A stretch of DNA of 64,000 nucleotides from Psammoneis japonica (lineage: Eukaryota). The translations under genes and the position numbers were made by a program. Shown piece by piece: positions 1-12,689 of this stretch. The stretch spans positions 62,001 to 126,000 of the forward strand of contig QPGO01000181.1 of assembly GCA_008632985.1 (NCBI GenBank), given 5' to 3'. The notes beneath the pieces were generated by a model. That model was not told where the DNA came from. It ran no database searches and saw nothing but the letters and a program-made list of their open reading frames with translations. The stretch's first letter is position 1; each line of letters opens with the position of its first letter.

Positions 1-537
1 GGTGTGGAGAACATCACACAAGTCTTGCACTTTGGACTTGCCAAGACAAAGAAGGAAAACTTTGAGATGGAGCTGAAAGCTGTCATTGGAAGCTGCAGGT
101 CCATGGCCTTGGCACAATGCCCCAGAGTTTGCTTAAGTTTTGATCGCACAATTGCCAGGTTGCAGAATTTGACCCGATTTGTGTTCTTGCAGGAACACTT
201 GAAGGTGGAGTGGAGCTCACGTTCCACCAACTCTTGGCATTTTTGTGCCACACCTTTCTCCAAGGCACACAAGTGTCGATGCAAGCCTTGACACATTCCA
301 GATGTTCAGCAAGGATCTTCTTGGTAACCTTCCCATCCTTCAACTTCTGCTGCATGTTCATCAGGGTCAAAACATTGTCACAAAACAGCACAAACTGCTT
401 CCTCTTTTTGCAGCCAGAAAAAACAATGGTGGACCAGTGGCAAAAATTACCATGCTCTTTATGGACGTGAGGCAGAAAGCAACAGTCCGTTGTGGCAGCA
501 GCGATGCTCAGGCATTGTGCAAAAAAAATCCAACTTG

Positions 538-761
538 GATGTGAAGCTGGTGATCTGCAGGAAGCAAGGGTCCTTGCCAAGTCAATCATGCACTGTCATC
601 TTGCACAAATCATTGATGATTGCACAGAGATTTTTGCCAAATTGGAAAAGATGTGAAGCTGGTGATCTGCAGGAAGCAAGGGTCCTTGCCAAGTCAATCA
701 TGCACTGTCATCTTGCATAAATCATTGATGATTGCACAGAGATTTTTGCCAAATTGGAAAA
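538..761. repeat. Tandem duplication, 2 x 112 bp (538-649, 650-761)
   Basis: Direct read: 'gatgtgaagctggtgatctgcagg...ttggaaaa' occurs twice; the one difference seen is gcacaa vs gcataa (CA vs TA). Confidence 0.9.
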
Positions 762-1273
762 GATTGGAAAAGGATTCGGCCAGCTTGCGGTGCTCTAGAA
801 CACACCTCCCATCTCAATGGTGAAAACACAACCAGCAACAACTTTTTGAATGATGAAAGCAATCTTTGTACCCAAGAGAATGGGTGACTGTGTCATCAAC
901 CATCAACACTTCCATGAAGAAAATGGGAGGCTTGATTCTGGTGGTTGTAACAAACAAAGGGGAGAGCAATGAGATCAGCAGAGGGAGTCCACACTCGGAA
1001 GTCTCAAGAAAGTGCTGATGGTGTAGCTGTGTCTCAATGATTTTTTTTTTAAATTGAGCCTTGGTCTTACAGGCGCTGCCAACACCATCAGTGCACACTT
1101 CAGCTTGGTTGTCAAGCACAGAACCATCGCTTCCATCAAAAGAATCATCATCTGCATTGTTTTCGTCAGAAAAAGAAAGATCACTGGCATGACCATCAAG
1201 GTCTCTGGATGCATGCGGCATCCTGGCATGAGATTTGCTTTGGCTGGTCAAGTTGTTGCCATCGGAGTCGTCA

Positions 1274-1518
1274 TGACAGAATTTGAACAAGATTTTAGTT
1301 TATCACACATGATTATGTGTGCTCTTAGTTCCGCGCGTGTCACGAGATGTAGTTTGCTTTCGAGCCACACGGCTCACAAGAACAATGACAGTAGTGCCGA
1401 CATCACGACACCAGTCTTTCAGCTCCTGCAATGGTCTCTGCACGGAGACTCATCTGCCATTTAGACAGCAGCAAGGAGTTGTTGTTTTCTTCCACCCAGT
1501 CATCTTCATTTTCTGTCA
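1274..1518 (+). repeat. 5' LTR of Copia B1
   Basis: Aligns to 12690-12934 with ~15 substitutions; TG...CA termini. Confidence 0.95.
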
Positions 1519-2310
1519 GATTAACAGTCTTGCTCTTTATTGTCCATTGAGCGTTCATCATCGTCATCGAGAAATTTTCGACGATGCGCACCGTTGGCGG
1601 TGGAAGTACATGTCTACCTTCTTCACTGCTGGATGCTGGATTAAATCTACACATTTGGATTTATCCAACACCTCCCATCATTGCATGTGTTTGTTCAACG
1701 GACATTTGTTTGGTCAGGAATTCCCGAATTCTCAGAAATCTGAGATTCCGGATTCCCCGCAGCAGATTCTGCCCTGGTTGGCAGACAGACCAATCCATCT
1801 GCTCGTGCTCATGTGCGCACGACATGAGCCCTTGACTCTGGCCCTGCTTCGCACATGCCAAGTCCACCACCTTGCATCTGCACCGGATTGCTGGTCTTCT
1901 GCAGTCCTGCAAGGTCCACGAACATTGGGGCAAGGGCACAGTTCCCGCGTTTGTTCGTCCCTCCACAGTGCCAAATTTGGCCGGCCTGATCGGGTCATCC
2001 AACCAACACAAAATGAGAACGGTTCGGAGGTCTTGTCCACCTCCAGCTGGCTTGTCAGCAGGGGTTTTTAACCCATTGCTCCACTCTCAAGCAACCCAAA
2101 TTGTCACCAGCTGCGGGTTCGGACGTGCCGGTACAACTCTGCGGACCGGATGGGAAGCTTGGCACTTAACTATGAACAGGACATCACAGCCCGGCGGCTT
2201 CTGACTCTTGAGATAGTCCAAGACATCAAGTCAAGATTCAAGTCAAGTTTCAAGTTATTACAAGCTCACCCTCCAACTCTAGCTAGTTCCGACATCCACC
2301 TAGTTGCAAC

Positions 2311-3435
2311 ATGGTTCTCACCAGGCAACAACAAATCGATGGCCTCGAGCACATTCTAGGCACTGTTCTGAATCAAGCCTCAGACAGTCCATTGCGCTCT
2401 GCTCTCAACATTGATGGAACCGATTTGCACCAAGACCTTTTCACTTTTACTCCGATGCAATTGGATGCCCTTGTGTACAACGACGGAACCAATCAAATGC
2501 CTTTGCCACGTGGTTACAAAGCACAGATGGCTGCATTGATTAACCTGTACACAGTAAAAGCGCGTGGTTGCGTGGATGTTAGCAATGACCCTCAATTGTT
2601 CACACGAGAGGAGTTCACCAACCATCGTCTTAGTCCTGAGTGTGCAGCGTCCCTCTCCATGGGCACAGCACCATCTGCTCCCACTCCTGGCTCATTGCCA
2701 CCCAAACCACGTGATCCCGTGCGTGACTTTAAACGAGGCATCAAACGTGACCCACTTGCCTTCGCGCTTCTCAAGTCTGACAAACAGTGGCACACGTGGC
2801 ACACCTCCATCATCGCACAGGCCCGCTCCCAAGACATCGCACGCATTCTTGACCCGACGTACAAGCCCTCTGCAGCTTAGGACAAGGCCCTGTTTGCTGA
2901 ACAACAGAAGTGCATGTTCGCCGCATTCAAACGGATCTTGCAGAAAGACAAAGGCAAGGCTCTTGTTCGTCAACATGTCGGCTCCTCTGATGCTCAAGCG
3001 GTGTATTGTGACCTTTTCCAAGCATGCCCTCACTTCCACTCGCGCATCCCTGGAGTCCTCGACTCTTCTCACATACCTCACCACTGCTCGCCTTGGTGAT
3101 GGCACCTGGAAAGGTTCCACTCATGCCTTCATGCGCCACTGGCAGGACCAGCTCGGCAAGTGTGAAGCTCTTATCCTGGGTGCGGACCATTTTCTGCTGG
3201 CCAGAAACGTGTCATGCTTGAGAACGCCGTACATCCTGTCGAGGAACTCCATTCAGTGAAGAATCAGGCCGATCAGTTCCGCACGCAGAATGGAAAGGGA
3301 CTCTCTTATGAAGAGCACTGTGGACTCCTGCTTTCTGCTGCAGCACAGCACAACAGCACGTTCACCCCCAAGATGGCTCCTCGCACTCCGCGCCGTGCCA
3401 TCTACGAACATCACCTGGTCCCTGACGACCCTGAT
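2311..3435 (+). pseudogene. Gag of Copia B1 (stop at 2878-2880, frameshifts); interrupted by nested element
   Basis: MVLTRQQQ...RDFKRGIKRDP...KQWHTWH homologous to the gag at 4651; reading PDDPD|DDVFFDIDSDVD resumes at 10547. Confidence 0.9.
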
Positions 3436-3711
3436 TGACAGGATTTGAACAGGATTTAGGTGCGCGCGAAGTATCGCGCGCTGTTTAGTTTACCGTGCAC
3501 AGTTTTGTGTGCTTTAGTTCCGCGCGTTCACGCGCGATGTAGTTTGCTTTCGAGCCACAAGGCTCACAAGAATAATAACAGTAGCCCGATTATACCGACT
3601 TACACGTCTTTCGGCTCCTGTGACGGTCTCTGAGCGGAGACTCATCTGCTATTTAGACAGCAGTAAGGAGTTATTGTTTGAATTCTTGCCATTTGCCTTC
3701 AATTTCTGTCA
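3436..3711 (+). repeat. 5' LTR of Copia A1
   Basis: TGACA...TGTCA; 274/276 identical to 3' LTR. Confidence 0.97.
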
Positions 3712-3722
3712 GATTAACAGTC
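3712..3722 (+). promoter_or_regulatory. Primer-binding site GATTAACAGTC (complementary to tRNA-Asn(GUU) anticodon arm)
   Basis: Directly after 5' LTR; identical at 1519-1529 and 62268-62278; reverse complement GACTGTTAATC. Confidence 0.75.
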
Positions 3723-4650
3723 TTGCTCATTGTCAACCCATTGAGCAACCGCCATCGTCGTCGTTGATTTACCAACGACGCTATTTCAATTCTACGTGGA
3801 CCTCCGTATATATCCTACATACATCGGCAAGTCTACGCGCATTCAATACCAGGGCATCGGCAGGAAGTTAACGTCACCGTCAAGTCTCCTTACCGCTGGA
3901 TATCTGGATTGATTATACTACCTTTGATCGCTGAAGACATACATTCAACGGTCATATCCAAGTCTATCCTTGATCCTCATCCCTTGATATACCTATTCAT
4001 CGGTTAACGGTCAAGAACCCTACATATTCAAGGATCTTCGTCGCTGAAGACATATATATATATACATATCTTCACGGCCAAGAACCTGTACCCACTCTTC
4101 GGACTACGGTTTTGCTGCCACTCTACAAGCACACCGAGTCCATTGTACCTGATCTACCCCGGACTACTGGTGCTCTACAGTTCTACTAGGTCCACGAGGA
4201 CGACTGTGAGAGCAAGTAGCCGTGATTACAGTCTACGTTGGGGCGAGGGTGCTTTCCCGCGTTTGTTCGTTCGTCCACAGCGCCTAACGCCTACGTCAAC
4301 TGGCCAGCCTGATCGGGAAATCCAACCGATATAAAATAAGAACGGTTCGGGGGTCTTGTCCACCTCTAGTCAGCTTACCTGCAGGGGTTTACAACCCGCT
4401 ACTCCGCTCGTAAGCAACCCAAAGTGCCACTAGCTGCGGGTTCGGACGTGCCGGCACAACTCTACGGACCGGATAGGAAGTTTAGCACTTAACAACGAAC
4501 GGGATAACAAAGCCCGGCGACTTCTGATTTTAAGATAGTTCAAGATTTCAAGTCAAGTCTGTTTCAAGTCAAGTCTATTCTCACCCAAGTTTCGAGTCTA
4601 CCTTCGCTTCCCAACCAGAATTGATTGTCCTGACACCACTTTTGTCTACC

Positions 4651-7600
4651 ATGGTTCTCACTCGTCAGCAACAAACCGATGGTTTCGAGCACGTGGTTGG
4701 AACCGTGCTTGCCCAAGGTGCTGGGAGTCCTCTTCATTTGGCTTTGGCCCAAGACGGCACGGACTCGCATCAGGAACTATTCACGTTCATACCGTCCCAA
4801 ATCGACTCGCTTGAGTACGACAACGGCACTAATGTAATCCCTTTGCCCCGTGGTTATAAGAACATGTTAGCAGCACTAGTCAGTCTGTACATTGTCAAAG
4901 CACACAAAGGTCTTGACGTTGCCAACGACTCCTCTTTGTTCATGCATGACGAGTTCCTTGCCTACCGCCTCAGCCCCGACTACATGTCTTCTGTGTCCAT
5001 CGGCAGCTCACCCCTTGCACCTCCACATGTCACCAACCCGACCAAGGCACGCGACCCGGTGCGGGACTTCAAGCGAGGCATCAAGCGTGATCCCACCGCT
5101 TTCACGGCTCTCAAATCCGACAAGCAGTGGCACACTTGGCACACCTCACTTGTGGCACAAGCCCGTGCCCAAGACGTCGAGTGCATTCTAGACTCGTCGT
5201 ACAAACCGACCAGCCCCGAAGACAAACTGCTCTTTGCTGAACAGCAAAAGTACATGTTCGCCGTCTTCGAACGCATCCTTCTCACCGACAAGGGCAAGGC
5301 TCTCATTCGCGAAAATGTGGGGTCTTCTGACGCACAGACCGTCTACCGTGCCTTGTCTGAGTACGCGCTTGCCTCCACCCGCGCATCTATCGAGTCCTCC
5401 ACCCTGCTCACGTACCTCACCACCGCGCGTCTTGGTGATGGCACTTGGAAAGGTCCGACCCACGGGTTCATCCTTCATTGGCAAGATCAGTTGCACAAGT
5501 ACGAGGCACTCATCCCGGCCAGTGACCACTTCTCTGAAGGACAGAAGCGCGTCATGCTCGAGAATGCCGTGCACCCTGTCGAGGAACTCCGTGCTGTCAA
5601 GAACCAAGCTGATCAGCATCGTACGCAGAGTGGCAAGAGCCTCACATACGATCAACACTGTGGCTTGCTCCTCTCCGCGGCAGCTCAGTACGACAGCACG
5701 TTTCAACCCAAGACGACACCTCGAGCTCCCCGACGCGCCATATACGCACACGACGTCTACTCCGAGGAACCGTCCGACGATGTGTTCTACGACATTGACA
5801 GCGACGTTGACGTCCTCCAAGCCAATGCTGCCTACACCCGCGGTCCCAGCCTCACCGGTGTCCAATGGAGACGTCTCCCTCCCGACCACCAACGGCTCTG
5901 GGATTCGTTGCCCGATTCCTCCAAGGCGATCATCCTTGAGCATTCTCGTCCACCTCCCCGCAACCCGCGAGCCAGCAACTACCATGAGTCTGTTACGGCC
6001 AACCTTCACGACCAACGCCTTGGGAGTGACGGTGATGTCAACTTGTCCAACACGACTCCTGCTGACTCTGGTGACTCCGCTCCACATGTGGACGCCACTT
6101 CGGATAATCCCATCCTGGCGCACCTCACCAAGCGCAAGCCACTGCCACCCGGTGATCTGCAACGTCTGTTGTCTCCTAACCAAGCCCCCAATGCCAGTCG
6201 ACCGGGGCCATCCGCCGCTTCCTCTACCCCGCCAGCTTCTGCAGATGACATAGAACTTAACGGCCGCACTTGCCGCCGCGTTAACAACCACAATGTCATT
6301 TACTCTGCCTCTGCTCATCGCTCCACACGCACTGGCGCTCTAGTCGATCGTGGGGCCAACGGCGGCATTGCTGGCGACGACGTTCGCGTCATTGCACGCA
6401 CCTCTCGCCAAGTCGACGTTCAGGGCATTGACGATCATCAATTGGTGGACATCCCCATTGTCACCGCTGGTGCCGTTATTGAGACCCAGCGTGGTCCCGT
6501 CATCGCCATCCTCCATCAGTGCGCGTGCACGGGCAAGGGCAAGACCATCCATTCCTGCGGCCAACTCGAATGGTACAACCAGGATGTCAACGATCGCTCT
6601 GTCAAGGTGCCCAACGGCTTGCAACGTATTGCCACTCCTGATGGCTATGTCATCCCCATTGACATCAAGGCTGGCCTGCCCTATGTTGCCATGCGACCTT
6701 ACACTGACGCCGAATGGGACACCCTGCCCCATGTCATCCTCACCGGTGATGACACATGGGACCCTTCCGTCCTCGATCACTCTGTCACTGACGACGACCA
6801 GTGGTACGACGCGATCTCTGACCTACAGGACGATCCCACTGCCAACCTATTTGACGAATACGGCAACTACCGTCATCGTGTCGTTGTCAACGAGACCATC
6901 ATGTCCGCTTCCTTGTCTGCCGATCACGCGTCCGCCCTCGATGATCACCTCATTCCGAACGACGACGTGTTCTACGAGTGTCATCTGCATGCGATTGACC
7001 CCCAGGGCGATGACGTTCCACCTCCGGAGCGCACTGTACAGCCCAAGGACCCCCCCTTCGAGTCTCTTCGGCCTTGCTTTGGCTTCCTACCTGCCGATGC
7101 GGTCCGTCGTACTTTTGACTGCACCACGCAGTGCGCCCGCATGCCCGCCGGCACACACCTTCGCAAGGCCTGCAAATCACCCAACCCCGCCCTTAATGTG
7201 CACCGCCGCAACGAGCCTGTCGCCACTGACACCGTTTGTGCCGACACCCCGGCCGTCGACTCTGGTTGCACCAGCGCCCAACTGTTTGTTGGCACCGAGT
7301 CTACCGTCACTGACGTCTGCGGCACTAAGACGGACAAAGAGTTTGTCAACACACTCGAGGATCAGATCCGTGAACGTGGTGCCCCATCCAAACTCATTAG
7401 CGACCGTGCTCAAGTTGAGATCAGCAACAAAGTGCTCGGGATCCTGCGCGCCCTCTTCATCTCTAGCTGGCAAAGTGAGCCTCACCAGCAACACCAAAAC
7501 TTTGCCGAGCGTCGCTACCAGACCGTGAAGCGCATGGCGAACACTGTCATGGATCGTTTTGGTTCGCCCGCCCACACATGGCTGCTGGCGCTCATGTACG

Positions 7601-10318
7601 TGTGCTTCATACTCAACCATGCAGCGTCCCCACGTCTCCACTGGCGCACGCCCCTCGAGACTCTCACTGGCTCCACCCCGGACATCAGCCCCTTGCTTCG
7701 CTTTCACTGGTGGGAACCCGTGTACTTCCACCTCGATGACTCCGATTGGCCGTCCGAATCCCGTGAGTTGCGTGGACGCTTCGTTGGCATTGCTGAGCAC
7801 GTCGGCCACCAGATGACCTTCAAGATTCTATCTGACGAGACTCAGAAGATCCTCTGCCGGTCCAACGTCCGCTCCGCTACCCCCGATCCTGCCGTTCGAA
7901 ACCTGCGTCTTGATCCTCCTGATGGGGAGCCACCTGAACCCATCATCAAATCTCGCCATGACGACAACCCCGTCGACTCTCCTGATGGGGAGATCAGGAC
8001 ACCCAAGATGCCAGTTTTCGATCCGCAAGACATCATTGGACGTACCTTCCTCATGCAGCCACAAGAGGACGGACAACGCCACAGAGCTCGCATCGTCAAG
8101 GCCGTCGAAGACCACGAATGGAAAGTGAACGGCAATCCCGAGCTCACTAAGTTCGTCTGCTCTGTCAACAATGACGAATACGAGGAAGTCCTTGCCTGCA
8201 ATGACATCATGAATCACATTGAGCAAGAAGACGAAGACACCACTGTTTGGAAATTTCGACGCATCGTGTCACACGAAGGACCTCTGAAGCCTCACGACCC
8301 AACCTGGAAAGGCTCCAGCTACAACATCATGCTTGAATGGGAAAGTGGGGAGATCACGTCCGAGCCTCTTGCCATCATCGCCAAGGACGACCCCGTCACC
8401 TGTGCCATCTATGCACGAGAGAACGGACTCCTCGACACGGATGGCTGGAAGCGGTTCCGCACCATCGCGAGGCGCCAAAAGAAGCTGTTTCGCATGGCCA
8501 ACCAAGCCAAGCTTCGCTCCTTCCGCACTGCACCTCGCTACAAGTGTGGATACGAAGTTCCCCGGAACTGCAAACACGCCATGTCACTAGACGAACGCAA
8601 CGGCAACCGCAAGTGGGGAGACGCAACTAATCTCGAGATGGACCAACTCGACGAATACGAAGTCTTCCATGACTGCGGGCCCTTCAAGTCTTCCACTCCT
8701 CCTGCGGGACACAAGAAGATCCGAGTGCACCTAGTGTGCGACGTGAAACACGACGGTCGCCACAAGGCACGACTCGTAGCCGACGGGCACCTCACGGACG
8801 TACCCATCGACAGTGTCTACTCCGGAGTAGTCTCCCTCCGTGGCCTTCGGCTGATGATTTTCCTGGCCGAACTCAACGAGTTGGAGACATGGGCCACCGA
8901 CATTGGCAATGCCTACCTTGAAGCCACCACCAAGGAGAAGCTTTACATTGTAGCTGGACCCGAGTTCGGCAAACTCGAAGGACACATCCTTGTCATCCAC
9001 AAGGCACTGTATGGACTGCGCAGCTCCGGTCTCCGCTGGAACGAGCGCTTCGCCGACTGCCTGCGAGCTGAAGGCTTCTTCCCCTGCCGCGCCGAACCCG
9101 ACATTTGGATGCGCAGGAACGGCGACCACTATGAATACATTGCCTTTTATGTGGATGACCTCGCCATTGCCATGAAGGACCCTCAATCTTTCGTCGACAC
9201 TCTCACGGAAAAGCACAAGTTCAAGCTCAAGGGTACGGGACCCATTGAGTTCCATCTGGGTTGCGACTTTTCCCGGGAACCCGACGGAACCTTGTGCCTG
9301 TCTCCGCGCAAGTACATCGAGCGCATGGTCGACAGCTGTGCCCGACTGTTTGGGGAGAAACCTACCACCAACGCCCTGTCACCTCTAGAGAAGGGTGACC
9401 ACCCCGAACTGGACACTTCGAACTGCTGGGACCCGATGGCATTCACAATTCCAGTCTCTTGTTGGTTCACTCCAATGGGCAGTGTCCCTTGGTCGAATTG
9501 ACATTGCCACGGCCGTCATGTCACTCTCTAGCTTCCGAGCTGCGCCCCGTCAAGGCCACTTGGATCGTGCCAAACGCGTCTGTGGGTACCTCTCCAAGAT
9601 GCGACACGGTGCTCTCCGCGTTCGCACGGAAGAGCCCGACTGTTCGGATCTCCCTGCTCCGGCCTATGAATGGATGCATTCCGTGTATGGTGAAGCAGAA
9701 GAGATGATCCCGAAGGACGCTCCACCGCCCCTTGGCAAGTTCGTCACTACCACCCACTACGTCGATGCAAACTTGTACCATTGCATGCTCACCGGACGCT
9801 CTGTCATGGGAATGCTCCACTTCCTCAACAAATTCCCGGCTGATTGGTTCTCTAAGAAACAAGCCACCGTGGAGACTGCGACCTACGGGTCTGAATTTGT
9901 TGCCGCAAGGACTTGTGTTGAGCAGATTGTCGACCTGCGCATCACCCTGCGCTACCTTGGCGTCCCGATCCGTAACGTTAGTTACATGTTCGGTGACAAC
10001 AAGTCGGTTGTAGACAGTGCCACCATCCCGCACTCCAAGTTACACAAGCGACACACCGCACTATCGTTCCACCGTGTGCGTGAGGCAATTGCCTCTGGTT
10101 ACCTTGAGTTCCACTTCATCGAAGGCTCCCGCAACCCTGCTGACATTCTCAGCAAGCATTGGGGTTACTCCCAAATCTGGGACCTTCTCCGCCCCCTCAT
10201 GTTCTGGAACTTCATTCCATCCGAAGTCGAATCTGTTTCTGTGGCTCCTCAAGCAAACTGGGGAGTGACAGGATTTGAACAGGATTTAGGTGCGCGCGAA
10301 GTGTCGCGCGCTGTTTAG
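4651..10318 (+). CDS. Copia Gag-Pol polyprotein (Gag, aspartic protease, integrase, chromo-like segment, RT, RNase H); frame broken near 9420-9446
   Basis: ATG at 4651; protease ALVDRGANGG (~6337); integrase core ISDRAQVE / SEPHQQHQNFAE; RT DIGNAYL, KALYGL, YVDD (9148-9159); RNase H YVDAN, ETATYGSEF, FGDN, NPADILSK. Two apparent 1-bp deletions separate ORFs 4621-9501 and 9395-10318. Many expected Tyr read Cys/His. Confidence 0.92.
10255..10265 (+). promoter_or_regulatory. Polypurine tract
   Basis: aaactggggag abutting 3' LTR; same motif precedes LTRs at 12690, 36474, 39462. Confidence 0.8.
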
Positions 10319-10541
10319 TTTACCGTGCACAGTTTTGTGTGCTTTAGTTCCGCGCGTTCACGCGCGATGTAGTTTGCTTTCGAGCCACAAGGCTCACAAG
10401 AACAATAACAGTAGCCCGATTATACCGACTTACACGTCTTTCGGCTCCTGTGACGGTCTCTGAGCGGAGACTCATCTGCTATTTAGACAGCAGTAAGGAG
10501 TTATTGTTTGAATTCTTGCCATTTGCCTTCAATTTCTGTCA
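10266..10541 (+). repeat. 3' LTR of Copia A1
   Basis: Matches 3436-3711; followed by TSD CTGAT. Confidence 0.97.
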
Positions 10542-10546
10542 CTGAT

Positions 10547-12689
10547 GACGATGTATTCTTCGACATCGACAGTGATGTTGACGTCATCCAAGCTCATGCT
10601 GTGCAAACTCATGGCAATTCCCTCACCAAGGAACAATGGCGTCGCATTCCGCCCGGACCATCAGCGCATTTGGGACACCTTGCCCCAGTCCACCAAGGCC
10701 ATCATTCTTGGCTCGCGCACCGCCCACACCGGCAACTGCCATGACTTGACGGCGGTCAACCTGCACGACCTCCGCATTGGCAGCAATGGCGATGTCAACT
10801 TGTCCGCCAACACTCACGATCTTGCGTCAGCCTTCGCACAATCTGACGCCACAGCCGATGCAGCCGACACTAACCCCATTCTGGCTCATCTCACCAGGCG
10901 CAAGCCCCTGCCACCCGGCAACTTGCAATGTCTCCTGGCCCCCTGAACGGCCTCCTTCCACCTGTTCTGGTGAGAAACCGCCTGGATCTGCACCTTCTGT
11001 CCGCTCCGACGCTAAGCCCAATGACATTGACGTCCAAGGTGTCGATGATGATCAACTGGCAGACATTCCCATTGTCACTGCTGGTGGTGTCATCCACACG
11101 CAACGTGGCCCTGCCATTGCCATCCTTCACCAGTGCACCTACACTGAAAAGGGGAAGACAATACACTCTTGCGGCCAGCTCGAGTGGTACAAAGACGAGG
11201 TCAACGATCGGTCCATCAAGGTCCCCGACGGTCTGCAGCACATCACCACTGTTGATGGATGCGTCATTCCCATTGACATTAAAGCCGGCCTCCCGTACAT
11301 CGTCGAGCACGTTGGTCACCAAATGACATTCAAGATTCTTTCTGTTGACACTCAGAAGATTCTCTGCAGTTCCAACATGCGCTTCGCCCGTGATCCGTCT
11401 GCTCCAAACCTGCATCTTGATCCTCCTGATAAGAAATCTGCTGAAACTGTCATTAAATCCCGCCATGACTCCGAGGATTTGCCAGATTCACCAGATGGGG
11501 AGGCGATCAGGATGCCCAAAATGCCGGTCTTTGACCCCGAGGACATCACAGGATGCACCTTCCTCATGAAGCCACAAGAGGATGGACAACGCCACAGAGC
11601 CCGCATCGTCAAAGTCGTTGAGGACTACGACTGGAAAATCGGAGACAATCCTGAACTGGTCAAGTTCATTTGCTCGGTCAACAATGATGAATGCGAGGAA
11701 GTCCTAGCCTGCAATGACATCATGCACCACATTGAGCAAGAAGACGAGGACACCACCCTCTGGAAGTTCCGACGCATCGCATCACACGAAGGACCATTGC
11801 AACCCCATGATCCCTCTTGGAAAGGCTCAAGCTACAACGTCATGCTTGAATGGGAGAATGGGGAGATCACGTCTGAACCCCTTGCCATCATTGCCAAGGA
11901 CAACCCCGTCACCTGTGCTGTCTACGTGCATGAGCACGGCCTTCTAGAAACCGAAGGATGGAGACGCTTTCGCAAGATAGCCCTTCGTCAGAAGAAGCTA
12001 TTCCGCATGGCCAACCAAGCCAAGTTACGCTCCTTTCGTACTGCGCCACGATGCAAGTGCGGGTGTGAAGTGCCATGGGACTACAGGCATGCCATGGCCC
12101 TTGATGAGCGCAACGGCAACCGCAAGTGGGGAGACGCAACGGACCTCGAGATGACTCAGCTTGATGAGTACGAGGTCTTCCACGACTGCGGACACCACAA
12201 TGATTCCAGTGCTCCATCAGGACACAAGAAGATCCGGGTACATCTCATCTATGACGTCAAACATGACGGACGGCACAAAGCAAGGCTTGTTGCCAATGGA
12301 CATCTCACAGACGTGCCCGTCGACAGTGTCTACATTGATCTTCGCATCACTTTACGTTACCTTGGCGTTCCCATTCATGAAACATGTTACATGTTTGGGG
12401 ACAACAAGTCGGTTGTGGACAGTGCTACCATCCCGCACTCCAAGTTACACAAGCGACACACCACCCTCTCATTCCATCGTGTACGTGAGGTGATTGCCTC
12501 CGGTTTCCTCGAGTTTCATTTTATCGAAGGCTCCCGCAACCCGGCTGACATCCTCAGCAAGCATTGGGATCATTGCTCCCAAAGCTGGAACCTCCTTCGT
12601 CCTCTAATGTTTTGGAACTTTGATCACAAGGCTTTCAACCAATCCGACTTTGAATCTATCGCTGTTGACCCCTCAAGCAAACTGGGGAG
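10547..12689 (+). pseudogene. Deleted pol of Copia B1 (lacks protease active site, integrase core and most of RT)
   Basis: Junctions relative to A1: ...KAGLPY|IVEHVGHQ (~11298) and ...VDSVY|IDLRITLRY (~12333). Confidence 0.88.

Larger units (their letters stand above)
3436..10541 (+). mobile_element. Near full-length Ty1/Copia (CoDi-like) LTR retrotransposon, subfamily A, copy A1
   Basis: 276-bp LTRs 3436-3711 and 10266-10541 differing at 2 positions; TSD CTGAT (3431-3435, 10542-10546); PBS, PPT; Gag-PR-IN-RT-RH domain order. Confidence 0.97.

Noticed and set aside
83..1268. hAT-like transposase as the host of B1 (continuing at 12940-13345, minus strand)
   Set aside because: Frame continuity across the TSD is plausible but no diagnostic motif is secure.
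5188..7528. Long antisense and alternative-frame ORFs over gag-pol
   Set aside because: Shadow frames expected from codon bias and stop-codon depletion; no recognisable domains.
9395..9501. Programmed ribosomal frameshift in pol
   Set aside because: Comparison with B2 indicates two single-C deletions (~9419, ~9446) within RT; mutation or sequencing error, no slippery site.
4651..10318. Alternative genetic code (TGY/CAY read as Tyr)
   Set aside because: Same sites vary among TAC, TGC and CAC between copies, non-coding LTRs show the same changes, and the host gene uses normal Cys/His/Tyr.
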